NCBI GenBank assembly: GCA_002347295.1
Contig: DDXZ01000001.1
Location: 1 to 50,680, forward strand
Origin: Dehalococcoidia bacterium UBA2247
Lineage (GTDB): Bacteria; Chloroflexota; Dehalococcoidia; UBA2247
Length of the DNA: 50,680 nt
Reading direction: 5' to 3'
Positions 8,389-16,349 of the stretch are shown here, one piece after another. A model generated the notes under the pieces. The model searched no databases, was not told the DNA's origin, and was given only the letters and a program-made list of their open reading frames with translations. The position numbers and the translations under genes were made by a program. Position 1 is the stretch's first letter; each line of letters begins with the position of its first letter.

Positions 8389-9327
8389 TTATTGATGCAT
8401 CTCTTCACTTATGCGTTGATTCCGGTACCATTGGTACGTTTTACGAATTCCTTCTTCCAGATTATTTTTTGGTTTCCAGCCCAGTTGGCTTAATCTATCA
8501 GTATCTAATAATTTCCGTATTGTACCATCCGGTTTGGTTTTATCAAAGACCACATCTCCGCTAAATCCTACAATATCTTTTACCAGTAAAGCTAAATCCT
8601 TGATCATCATGTCTTCACCGTAACCGATATTGATAATTTCAGAACTATTATAATTGTCCATCAGAAAAACACAGGCATCCGCCAGGTCGTCGATATACAT
8701 GAATCCGCGACGGGGCGTACCGGTACCCCAGAGAGTAATACTATTTTTCTCCTTCGTTTTAGCATCATGAAACTTATAAATTAAAGACGCCAGCACATGT
8801 GCTGTTTCCGGATTAAAATCATCATGCGGCCCATAGAGATTGTCCGGAATTACGGAAACGAAATTAGTATGATATTGTCTATTATATGATTGACACATAC
8901 GTATCCCGGCAATTTTAGCGATAGCATAAGATTCACTGGTAGGTTCCAGTAGCCCGGTCAAAAGATATTCTTCTTTCATCGGCTGCGGACACACCCGGGG
9001 ATAAATACAGGAACTTGCCAGGAAAATCAGCTTCTTAACCTGCGACTGCCAGGCAAAATGAATCACATTATTTTGAATCTGGAGATTACTATAAATAAAT
9101 TCCGCCGGATATGTCTGATTAGCGATAATGCCGCCTACCCTGCCCGCAGCCAGAAAAACATATTCCGGTTTCTCAATTAAGAAAAAATTTCTAACAGCTA
9201 ACTGGTCAGTAAGGTCTATCTCTGCCGTAATAATATTGGTGTATCCTCTGTCCTTAAGACAGCAGATGAGAGACAATCCCTCCATTCTTGATTTGTCAGC
9301 AATAAATATCCTGGAATCTTTGTTCAT
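8389..9327 (-). CDS. GDP-L-fucose synthase-like (Fcl/WcaG family) SDR epimerase/reductase
   Basis: Collinear with E. coli Fcl as I remember it (VGGIIANQTYPAEFIY, SSCIYP, SYAIAKIAG, LYGPHDDF, KPDGT.RKLLD). The N-terminal glycine loop reads IADKSRMEG instead of GxxGxxG. Confidence 0.75.
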   Translation of the reverse strand: MNKDSRIFIADKSRMEGLSLICCLKDRGYTNIITAEIDLTDQLAVRNFFLIEKPEYVFLAAGRVGGIIANQTYPAEFIYSNLQIQNNVIHFAWQSQVKKLIFLASSCIYPRVCPQPMKEEYLLTGLLEPTSESYAIAKIAGIRMCQSYNRQYHTNFVSVIPDNLYGPHDDFNPETAHVLASLIYKFHDAKTKEKNSITLWGTGTPRRGFMYIDDLADACVFLMDNYNSSEIINIGYGEDMMIKDLALLVKDIVGFSGDVVFDKTKPDGTIRKLLDTDRLSQLGWKPKNNLEEGIRKTYQWYRNQRISEEMHQ

Positions 9328-9347
9328 ATCACCATTCTAATGATAAA

Positions 9348-9971
9348 TCAGGATTGGTTTGTCTGCGCTATAATCCATTCTACTGCCTCATATAAATTTG
9401 TCGCAATATGGTCGGACGCCGGGGGAATTTTTACCTGTTGACCCGGCAACTTGTTATCAAGGAGCAAAATTGTTTTGCATCCTGCCCCACGGCCGGCTTC
9501 AATATCGCTCATTTTATCACCGATAAGAAAAGATTTATTTAAATTGATATTGAGTTCTTCGGCGGACTGACGGAGCATTCCCGGATTGGGTTTTCGACAA
9601 TTACATTCTCTTCTGTATTCGGGGATAATTCCTTCCGGATGATGGGGACAATAGTATATCTTATCGATAAAAGCATCTTCCTGAGACAGGAGCTGCCGGA
9701 TATAATCATTAATGTCACGAACAACTTCTTCTGTAAAATAACCTCTGGCAACACCGGCCTGATTGGTAACTACTACCACTTTGAACCCATTTTTGTTCAG
9801 TAATTTAATGGCAGCGGCTACTTGTGGTAAAAATCTGACTTTGTTTCGTTCATGAAGATGGTCAGTGTCCTCAACAATTGTCCCGTCTCGATCCAGAAAT
9901 ACTGCCTTTACCACTTCAAATCCTTTTAGTTTCTTTATCATTACTGAATAGTTGTGCTTCGACAAGTTCAC
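9348..9971 (-). CDS. gmhB: D,D-heptose 1,7-bisphosphate phosphatase (HAD family)
   Basis: FLDRDGTI..., VVVTNQAGVARGYF, YYCPHHPEG...C.CRKPNPGML and GDKMSDIEAG. The start is probably the internal Met at MIKKLKG (9944). Confidence 0.8.
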   Translation of the reverse strand: MNLSKHNYSVMIKKLKGFEVVKAVFLDRDGTIVEDTDHLHERNKVRFLPQVAAAIKLLNKNGFKVVVVTNQAGVARGYFTEEVVRDINDYIRQLLSQEDAFIDKIYYCPHHPEGIIPEYRRECNCRKPNPGMLRQSAEELNINLNKSFLIGDKMSDIEAGRGAGCKTILLLDNKLPGQQVKIPPASDHIATNLYEAVEWIIAQTNQS

Positions 9972-10536
9972 ATACGATATGACCGATAGTGATATGTGCT
10001 TCCTGGATACGAGCCGTATTGTGGGAAGGTACGGCTAAGACCAGGTCTGCTATCTCTGCCATCTTTTCCCCATTAGCTCCGGTGAGAACGATAGTCCTGG
10101 CTCCTTTACTTCGGGCAGCTTCCAGTGCTTCCAGTACGTTGCGCGAATTACCACTGGTGCTGATACCGATTACGATGTCTTTTTCCGTCACCAGCGCTTC
10201 CACCTGACGGCTAAACACCATATTGTAATCATAATCGTTGGCTACCGCTGTTAATATGGAGGTGTTGGTAGTGAGAGCAATGGCGGGAAGGGCTTGTCTC
10301 TCTAATTGGAATCGTCCTACCAGTTCCCCGGCAATATGTTGTGCATCAGCCGCACTACCACCATTACCGCACAGAACTACCTTACCATTATTTTTGAACA
10401 CATCAATAACAAGATTCACCATGAGTTCTATATCACCAGCCATAGTCTGTGCTATGGTTGCCTTTAAGCGGGCATTTTCTCTGAGCCTGCTTATAATTTC
10501 ACTTTTAACAGTGTTTTTATGGTACATATTATTCAT
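9916..10536 (-). CDS. gmhA: Phosphoheptose isomerase (SIS domain)
   Basis: GNGGSAADAQHIAGELVGRF, ISTSGNSRNV and VLTG motifs. The track ORF extends to 10635, but Met34 (MNNMYHK, ATG at 10536) is the more plausible start. Confidence 0.8.
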   Translation of the reverse strand: MNNMYHKNTVKSEIISRLRENARLKATIAQTMAGDIELMVNLVIDVFKNNGKVVLCGNGGSAADAQHIAGELVGRFQLERQALPAIALTTNTSILTAVANDYDYNMVFSRQVEALVTEKDIVIGISTSGNSRNVLEALEAARSKGARTIVLTGANGEKMAEIADLVLAVPSHNTARIQEAHITIGHIVCELVEAQLFSNDKETKRI

Positions 10537-10644
10537 TGAGCACGGCCCCGGATTACTTTCAATCAATAAAACATTATAGTGCACAGTAATACTAAGGTAA
10601 AGGCTTTTATTGTTCCGCGACCCGTATTGCGTCAAATTAAACTG

Positions 10645-11470
10645 TTACCGTAGTCCTTGATGTTGCATATTAGTATTACCGGCATTTACCGGATGACGTG
10701 CCAGTTGCCACAGTTGTTCCAGGAGGTCATTAATCTGTTTCAGAAGAAGTACCGGATTGAGCCTCTGGTAAATATCCGCCAGCTCTTTTCTTTTTGCTTC
10801 TGTGAGCACACCGAATGCCAGTAACAGGCTGATAGGGTGTCTGTGCTTTATCATAGACCTTATGCACCCGGGCTCCATTCCTTGTCTTACAAAGAAGCTT
10901 CATTGTGGGCTGGAAGAAGTTAATATAGAGTCTGACCAGCAAGTAGAGCTTTTCCAAGCAGTGATATGCTGCATGGGAGGTATAACCGGTCATAGCCCAC
11001 CAGACGGCGCAGACGTTACCATTCTTCTGTTCGATATGGCAGCTATCATTCTTCTTATAGGAGCGGGAATGGGTAAAAGTGATTCTCTCCTTTTGACAAT
11101 AAGCATAAAGCTGATGGTTAATAAACTCGCTACCCTTATCCGAATCCAGTCCCAGTAAAGGAAAAGGAAGCCGTTGACGCATCTTGTGGATAGCACCACC
11201 AACACGCTGCTATCCTTTTTCCCATACCGGGAGACATTCTGTCCAGCCACTGGCAATGTCTACTCCACAGAGAGTATTCAGGTAAAAACCTTCCGTACGC
11301 TCACCGCAGTGAGCAACTAAATCTGCTTCGAGAAAACCTGGCTTATTCTCCTGCCAGTCAGCAAAGGTCCTCACCGGGATGGCACCCTTGAGCCAGTTCC
11401 CGGCTGCACCGGCTGACTTCCCCGTAAGATATTTTTCGGCCGATTAGCCGGTGTGACATCATGGCCAAGG
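10645..11470 (-). pseudogene. DDE (rve/integrase-core) transposase, inactivated
   Basis: My translation of the minus strand gives ...KGAIPVRTFADWQENKPGFLEADLVAHCGERTEGFYLNTLCGVDIATGWTECLPVWEKG*QRVGGAIHKMRQRLPFPLLGLDSDKGSEF.... There is an in-frame TAG. A frameshift near 10860 separates the body (10730-11182) from the C-terminal piece (10645-10878). The N-terminal part is degraded. Confidence 0.7.
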
Positions 11471-11643
11471 TGCGGGTACTGATCCCACTTAAGAACATCA
11501 TTATATGCCCTGTTACCTACTATCGTAAGTCTAATAAGGAAGTAGAAGAAAGCAAGGAGCGATAATAAACCGAGCGTGCTAAGCCCTAACAGAGTGTTGA
11601 AAACCAGAGGCAACGGCTTAAAGCCCTGTTTTTCAACACCCTG

Positions 11644-13140
11644 CTAGGATTCTGTGGGCGCGCTTCCGCTTCCTCCAATATTTTGATCTGCCCGTGAGTT
11701 ATCGGCTGGTGGTTCCGCAGGTTGTACCGTTATAACAATAGGGTTGTCCGGATCTCCCTGTCCCGGAAAAGCAACAACTACCGTTCCTTCTGGTGCTGCG
11801 GTAACGGTAGTATTACTCCCGGTATTATCTGTAGTATTGCTTTGTGACGGTGGCCCGGGGTCGGTCTGCCCTGATTCTGCCGTGGAACCATCTGACACCT
11901 GTTGTCCCGGTGTAATGGAAGGTTCCGCAGCATTATTATCCAGGGAGATTTGAGGTGATATACTCTGTCCCTGGGGTTCCGCTGTATTAATAAAATTATT
12001 ACCGGCAGTGTCCCCGGCGTTTCCCTTACTCTGAGTTGTTGGTGTCTGTGGTGTTTCTGATGTTGTATTCTGGTTGGTATCCGCTGGCTTATCAGAATTG
12101 TCCGTAGTAGGGGTTTCTGGTCCAGCTATAGCGGCTCCGGTTATTTCTTTTCCAAACTGCTGTAATCTCTCATATTCCTGTTGAGTATTCCCCGCCAGAG
12201 CACCATTACTATTAGCGGCTTCCGTATTGGCGCGATTTAACCTGTTTCCCATTACTTCGCGATTTAGTTGCTCCGCCCTGCCGGGATTTATCTCAGCTAA
12301 GTTTTGCATCGCTCTGACATGACTATTAAGTGCAATCTCTTTAGTCTGAGTTAGTAGTTCTCGGGCAAACTCAGGCATATGATCTTCCAGAGAATCCAGC
12401 CTGTTGAAATGGTCCAGTATATTGAGCGTAATGGCTTCCATGGCCATTTCTCTTTTGCTTGATTTCTCGGCTTTAGTAATTGCCAGATTGAGATTTTTCT
12501 CATATCCGGAAATAGCGAGAGCGATTTTTTCTTCTTTGGATACAATATCAGGAGCCATTTCTTCAAGATAGGTCCGGGTGAAGTTCAGGGTAAATCCGGA
12601 AGCGACAACCTCTACCGGCTCGGTCGGCAACCCCAGTATTGCTTCTATTTCATCAAGGCGTGTACTGGCAAATTTTAGCTCTAAATCTACTTCCGCTGCA
12701 TCATCAATCGTAATAACACGCTGTAATTGCTCTGTATTCAGCTTAACAGGATAAAGATTGTCTCCGGGCAGACTGGATTGAGCCGCATAAGCGACACCGG
12801 TTCCGGAGATAACGATAACCAGCAATACCGCTACTACGGTTGTGACGGCACGGGACCATCCTGCAAGCCAGTAAGGTTTTGCCAGCGGCCATAATCCTTT
12901 ACGCTCCCTTTTTCGTACCTGATCGGCATATATCTCTTCCATCAGCTTAACTCTGGTACTGATTTTAAATTGAGCGGAAGGGCCGGTGGTTAGCGGCTCG
13001 TTAATATTAATCGCCATACGCAGCAGCGGCTCTAATTCCTGACGGAGATCAGGATGTTGATTAAGACATTCAGCAAGCTCAATCTTACCTGCCTTGATAT
13101 CATCTATACATTGAATGAGGATTTCTTCTATATTATCCAC
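11644..13140 (-). CDS. Anti-sigma factor-like membrane protein with a long Pro/Thr/Ser/Asn-rich C-terminal tail
   Basis: Its GTG start shares one nucleotide with the sigma-factor stop (TAGTG), suggesting translational coupling. It has an N-terminal helical anti-sigma-like segment, one TM segment (AVTTVVAVLLVIVISGTGVAYA) and an extracytoplasmic domain. Confidence 0.7.
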   Translation of the reverse strand: MDNIEEILIQCIDDIKAGKIELAECLNQHPDLRQELEPLLRMAININEPLTTGPSAQFKISTRVKLMEEIYADQVRKRERKGLWPLAKPYWLAGWSRAVTTVVAVLLVIVISGTGVAYAAQSSLPGDNLYPVKLNTEQLQRVITIDDAAEVDLELKFASTRLDEIEAILGLPTEPVEVVASGFTLNFTRTYLEEMAPDIVSKEEKIALAISGYEKNLNLAITKAEKSSKREMAMEAITLNILDHFNRLDSLEDHMPEFARELLTQTKEIALNSHVRAMQNLAEINPGRAEQLNREVMGNRLNRANTEAANSNGALAGNTQQEYERLQQFGKEITGAAIAGPETPTTDNSDKPADTNQNTTSETPQTPTTQSKGNAGDTAGNNFINTAEPQGQSISPQISLDNNAAEPSITPGQQVSDGSTAESGQTDPGPPSQSNTTDNTGSNTTVTAAPEGTVVVAFPGQGDPDNPIVITVQPAEPPADNSRADQNIGGSGSAPTES

Positions 13141-13706
13141 TATGGATCCTTTTCTACAATCTTTTTTAATTCTATCAACCCGCGATGCAGAATTACCCGT
13201 ACTGCGCCTTCACTTTTATCCAGTGATGCCGCTATTTCGGCATAAGAAAAATCTTCAATAAATCGCAGCAGAATTACCTGCTGCTGCTCTCCTTTTAATT
13301 GTCTGATTGCCTTACGAATTTGCTCTTTTTCATAATGAGATTCAGCCGATTGGGCGGGATCATTACCAGAAGCAAGATCAATACTATCGATATCCACCGC
13401 CCGATTATTTTTTCCGGAGCGGTAATGATCAATTACCAGATTATGGCTTATCTTGATGAGCCAGGCGAGAAAAGAAGCGGTAGTTTTCTTATATTGCCCG
13501 ATCACCTTCCAGGCTTTGAAAAAAGTCTGTTGTGTGATATCTTCAGTATCAGGAATACTGCCTACCCGATAATAAACATGCCGGTATACACGGTCAACAT
13601 ACATATCGTAGAGACCTCCGAAAGCACTGGCATCTCCTCCTATTGCTTTCTCAATTAGTAAATTAATTTCCTCAGTTGTTACCCTGCTATCCAATTGTTT
13701 CTGCAA
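13140..13706 (-). CDS. ECF-type sigma-70 family RNA polymerase sigma factor
   Basis: Region 2 (DTEDITQQTFFKAWK...) and region 4 (FSYAEIAASLDKSEGAVRVILHRGL) signatures. TTG start, preceded by AAGAGGAA. Confidence 0.9.
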   Translation of the reverse strand: MQKQLDSRVTTEEINLLIEKAIGGDASAFGGLYDMYVDRVYRHVYYRVGSIPDTEDITQQTFFKAWKVIGQYKKTTASFLAWLIKISHNLVIDHYRSGKNNRAVDIDSIDLASGNDPAQSAESHYEKEQIRKAIRQLKGEQQQVILLRFIEDFSYAEIAASLDKSEGAVRVILHRGLIELKKIVEKDP

Positions 13707-13720
13707 GTACTGTTCCTCTT

Positions 13721-13750
13721 ATTAAACGTATCATCTGAAAAATTGTTACA
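13721..13750 (-). promoter_or_regulatory. ECF-type promoter candidate for the sigma/anti-sigma operon (autoregulation)
   Basis: The minus strand reads TGTAACAA-N14-CGTTTAAT. The -35-like box and spacing match the three plus-strand sites. The leader to the TTG start is very short, which lowers confidence. Confidence 0.5.
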
Positions 13751-13756
13751 AACACT

Positions 13757-13786
13757 TGTAACAAAAGATCCTCCGCTACGTTATTA
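13757..13786 (+). promoter_or_regulatory. ECF-type promoter candidate upstream of the small secreted-protein gene
   Basis: TGTAACAA-N14-CGTTATTA, 31 nt upstream of the ATG at 13818. Its -35 box forms a 9-bp inverted repeat with the divergent site (ttgttacaa-acac-ttgtaacaa). Confidence 0.6.
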
Positions 13787-13817
13787 TATCAAACCATTAT
13801 ATTTTAAGGAGGATCAC

Positions 13818-13973
13818 ATGAAAAAAATAGTTATTGCTCTGTTAGTAGTTCTGACACTGGTTATTATTATTGCTGCTCCTGCTTTCGCAGGGGGTGACAA
13901 GGTAAGGGGAGATGACGGGCAGGGTGCTGTCAATCAGGTGCAGATAATGGATCCCCCTCCTTTCCAGCCATAA
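13818..13973 (+). CDS. Small secreted protein (51 aa; signal peptide ending AFA, about 27-aa mature part)
   Basis: GGAGGA RBS 7 nt before the ATG. MKKIVIALLVVLTLVIIIAAPAFA|GGDKVRGDDGQGAVNQVQIMDPPPFQP. Followed by an intrinsic terminator. Confidence 0.6.
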   Translation: MKKIVIALLVVLTLVIIIAAPAFAGGDKVRGDDGQGAVNQVQIMDPPPFQP

Positions 13974-14046
13974 AACCGCTATCGGGGTTTCCTGATTTCC
14001 CGGAAAAAATATATATATATTAAGAAATTGTTTCATCTTTCAGATG

Positions 14047-14077
14047 AAAACCGCCTGTAACAAACAGGCGGTTTTTT
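14047..14077 (+). terminator. Intrinsic terminator
   Basis: Stem aaaaccgcctgt / acaggcggtttt with a 5-nt loop and a T-run. Confidence 0.65.
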
Positions 14078-14085
14078 CGTTATTA
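14056..14085 (+). promoter_or_regulatory. ECF-type promoter candidate upstream of the lipoprotein gene
   Basis: TGTAACAA-N14-CGTTATTA. The -35 box lies in the loop and descending arm of the preceding terminator. Confidence 0.55.
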
Positions 14086-14135
14086 ATTAATGAAGATTTG
14101 TTTGTAAAAAGACGGAAATGAAGGAGGAAATAATA

Positions 14136-14762
14136 ATGAAGAAAAGATTGCTGGTAATTCTAACATTAGCTTCATTGCTTTTATTGGCGATAGGCTGTGG
14201 AGGTTCACCTGGCCCCGCAACATCCGTACCGACGGTATCTCCTACCCCGACATCAATACCGGCAGAAAAATTATTTCTGGAGCTTACGGAGCCTTCTGGT
14301 GAAGCAATATCCAATGTATCGCGTATTCCTGTATCCGGGAAAACTTTGCCTGATGCTGTGGTAAGTATTAACGGAATAATCGCGGCCGTAGATTATCAGG
14401 GTATATTCCACGGCGAAGTCAACCTTGAAGCCGGCCCTAATATCATAGAAATAGTAGCGAGTGATTTTTATGGTAATGAAAAATCATCTATTTTGACCGT
14501 GATTTATGTTGCCGCACTACCCCTGACTGTTACCGAACCCCTTAATAATGCAGTAGTGATATCACCATTATTGACCGTAAAAGGAATCACTAATGCCGAT
14601 GCTGTTGTCAGCATAAACGGGAAGATTGTATCCGTAGATGCATCCGGTAATTTTAGCGAACCCGTAACTCTGGAGGCAGGACCAAATCTCATCGAAGTAT
14701 TAGCCAGCGACTTCTATGGTAATTCGGCTAATGTTATGGTTACCGTGATATACAGCCCTTGA
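14136..14762 (+). CDS. Lipoprotein with two tandem Ig-like repeat domains
   Basis: AAGGAGGA RBS. MKKRLLVILTLASLLLLAIGC lipobox. Two repeats of about 70 aa (...DAVVSINGIIAAVDYQGIFHGEVNLEAGPNIIEIVASDFYGN... and ...DAVVSINGKIVSVDASGNFSEPVTLEAGPNLIEVLASDFYGN...). Confidence 0.8.
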   Translation: MKKRLLVILTLASLLLLAIGCGGSPGPATSVPTVSPTPTSIPAEKLFLELTEPSGEAISNVSRIPVSGKTLPDAVVSINGIIAAVDYQGIFHGEVNLEAGPNIIEIVASDFYGNEKSSILTVIYVAALPLTVTEPLNNAVVISPLLTVKGITNADAVVSINGKIVSVDASGNFSEPVTLEAGPNLIEVLASDFYGNSANVMVTVIYSP

Positions 14763-14766
14763 AAAT

Positions 14767-14796
14767 GTAACAAATAAACCAGGTTTTCGTTATTAC
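14767..14796 (+). promoter_or_regulatory. ECF-type promoter candidate upstream of the DUF5666-like gene
   Basis: TGTAACAA-N14-CGTTATTA, 53 nt upstream of the ATG at 14850. Confidence 0.55.
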
Positions 14797-14849
14797 TTAT
14801 GAGAAAATCAAACAAAAAAAGACAATCAAATTTCAGGAGGATATAAACA

Positions 14850-15758
14850 ATGAAAAAGTCAAGAATTATTTTAGGAATATTAATCAGCGCAGCACTATTG
14901 GTCACTAGCGGAAACGCAGTACTGGCTCAGAGTAGTGAGGCTACACCTACGCCAGAAGTAGTGGCCCCGGCGGAACAACTGTATCAGGGAATTACAGGTA
15001 TTGTGGGCACTGAGAGTGATCTCGCCGGTGGTACTATCAAGATTGAAACCAAAAGCCTCGGCGAGGTAGCTGTTCTTCTTAATGATAGCACTATTTATAA
15101 AGTACCCGGACAGGATGAGGCCACCAGGAACGATATAGAAATAGGGAGCCGATTGGCTATTCTGGCCACGGTAAATGAAGACGGAAGCTATACTGCGGTA
15201 CGGGTGATGATTATACCTGACGTCGCAACACGAAAGCATATCAGTGGCATAGTAGTATCCGTAGAAAACAAGATAATGACTGTTATCAATGCTGCCGGGG
15301 AAACTATGACAGTTGAACTCCCCGAAGGGGTAAAGGGGGGAACAGTAGGCGAATTTATATCAACATCCGTACGGAAATCTCCGGGTAAAGAGACTCCTGT
15401 CGCCAGTGGAACACAGACAGCAGCGGAAGTCCAGACCAGGTTACAAACCCATCTGAATACTGCAGCGGGACAGCAAGCCGCTACACAGGCCGAGGTACAA
15501 ACAAAAGAGCAGACTATGGCACGATTAGGAGAGAAACTGGAGGGATTAATGCTCCGCAATAAAGATGTGCTGGAGCAGGTAATGGCCAAAGCACCTGAGG
15601 CGGCTAAAGCTTCTATTCAGGCCGCGATTGGTAATTGTGAGCAGAGAATGGAACAAGCTCGTCAAACTATCCAGAACGCCTATGCTGCGGCCGGTATGTC
15701 CCAAAATGGGACACAGGAAGGGTCTCAATCCGGCGCTGCCGGAGCTCAGGGAAAATAA
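14850..15758 (+). CDS. Secreted protein, DUF5666-like beta-rich N-terminal part plus Ala/Gln-rich helical C-terminal part
   Basis: Signal peptide MKKSRIILGILISAALLVTSGNAVLA. RBS AGGAGGA. 302 aa. Confidence 0.7.
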   Translation: MKKSRIILGILISAALLVTSGNAVLAQSSEATPTPEVVAPAEQLYQGITGIVGTESDLAGGTIKIETKSLGEVAVLLNDSTIYKVPGQDEATRNDIEIGSRLAILATVNEDGSYTAVRVMIIPDVATRKHISGIVVSVENKIMTVINAAGETMTVELPEGVKGGTVGEFISTSVRKSPGKETPVASGTQTAAEVQTRLQTHLNTAAGQQAATQAEVQTKEQTMARLGEKLEGLMLRNKDVLEQVMAKAPEAAKASIQAAIGNCEQRMEQARQTIQNAYAAAGMSQNGTQEGSQSGAAGAQGK

Positions 15759-15788
15759 TAAGATATTACTGATAGACATTACTTGAAA

Positions 15789-15811
15789 GGGCAGGTTTAT
15801 TAAACCTGCCC
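15789..15811. repeat. REP-type hairpin (gggcaggttt-att-aaacctgccc), also placed to act as a terminator
   Basis: Same stem as the REPs flanking the RAYT gene at 42.4-43.0 kb. Followed by ttatttttt. Confidence 0.65.
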
Positions 15812-16349
15812 TTATTTTTTATATTAATAAAATAATAGATTAACTCTTCTGGAATAAATAAGTACCAAATCAAAAAACAAAATCAGTATGGCCTGTTACT
15901 GATCACGAGGACCAGTAGAGAAGATGCAAAACATTGAAGTAAGTAGTACAATAAAAGCCAAGTATACGGCTTTTTGGGCTGTCACGTGACTGCTCCTGAA
16001 ACAATCAAGTCAAGAACTCTAACTAAAAGGTGGACCAATAACCTGCAGAGGCCACTGAGTTACAGAGATAAGGAAATATATTAAAATGGGTACTAAATCT
16101 CTTGAAGAACTAAAGGTATTTATCGAGAGGATAAATAAGACAAATAAAAAGAGTCGTAAACATACTGGCAATAACGAGGGGCGCAGCTGGAAGAAGAAGA
16201 AGAAGTAACCCTACCCCCGCTATTAATATGCTCCAGCTTGGAGCCCTACCGCTAGTTCAGTAAACTACTATCGTTTTACCTTTGACAGGATATAATCAAG
16301 CTCAATGGGTATGTTTCGGTCATTTTGCTTGACCGTGAATATTTTTATA

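Noticed and set aside
11371-11613. 80-aa ORF with a hydrophobic N-terminus downstream of the anti-sigma gene
   Set aside because: Its C-terminal half overlaps, in another frame, sequence that translates into the N-terminal region of the decayed rve-type transposase. It is most likely a chance ORF in pseudogene debris.
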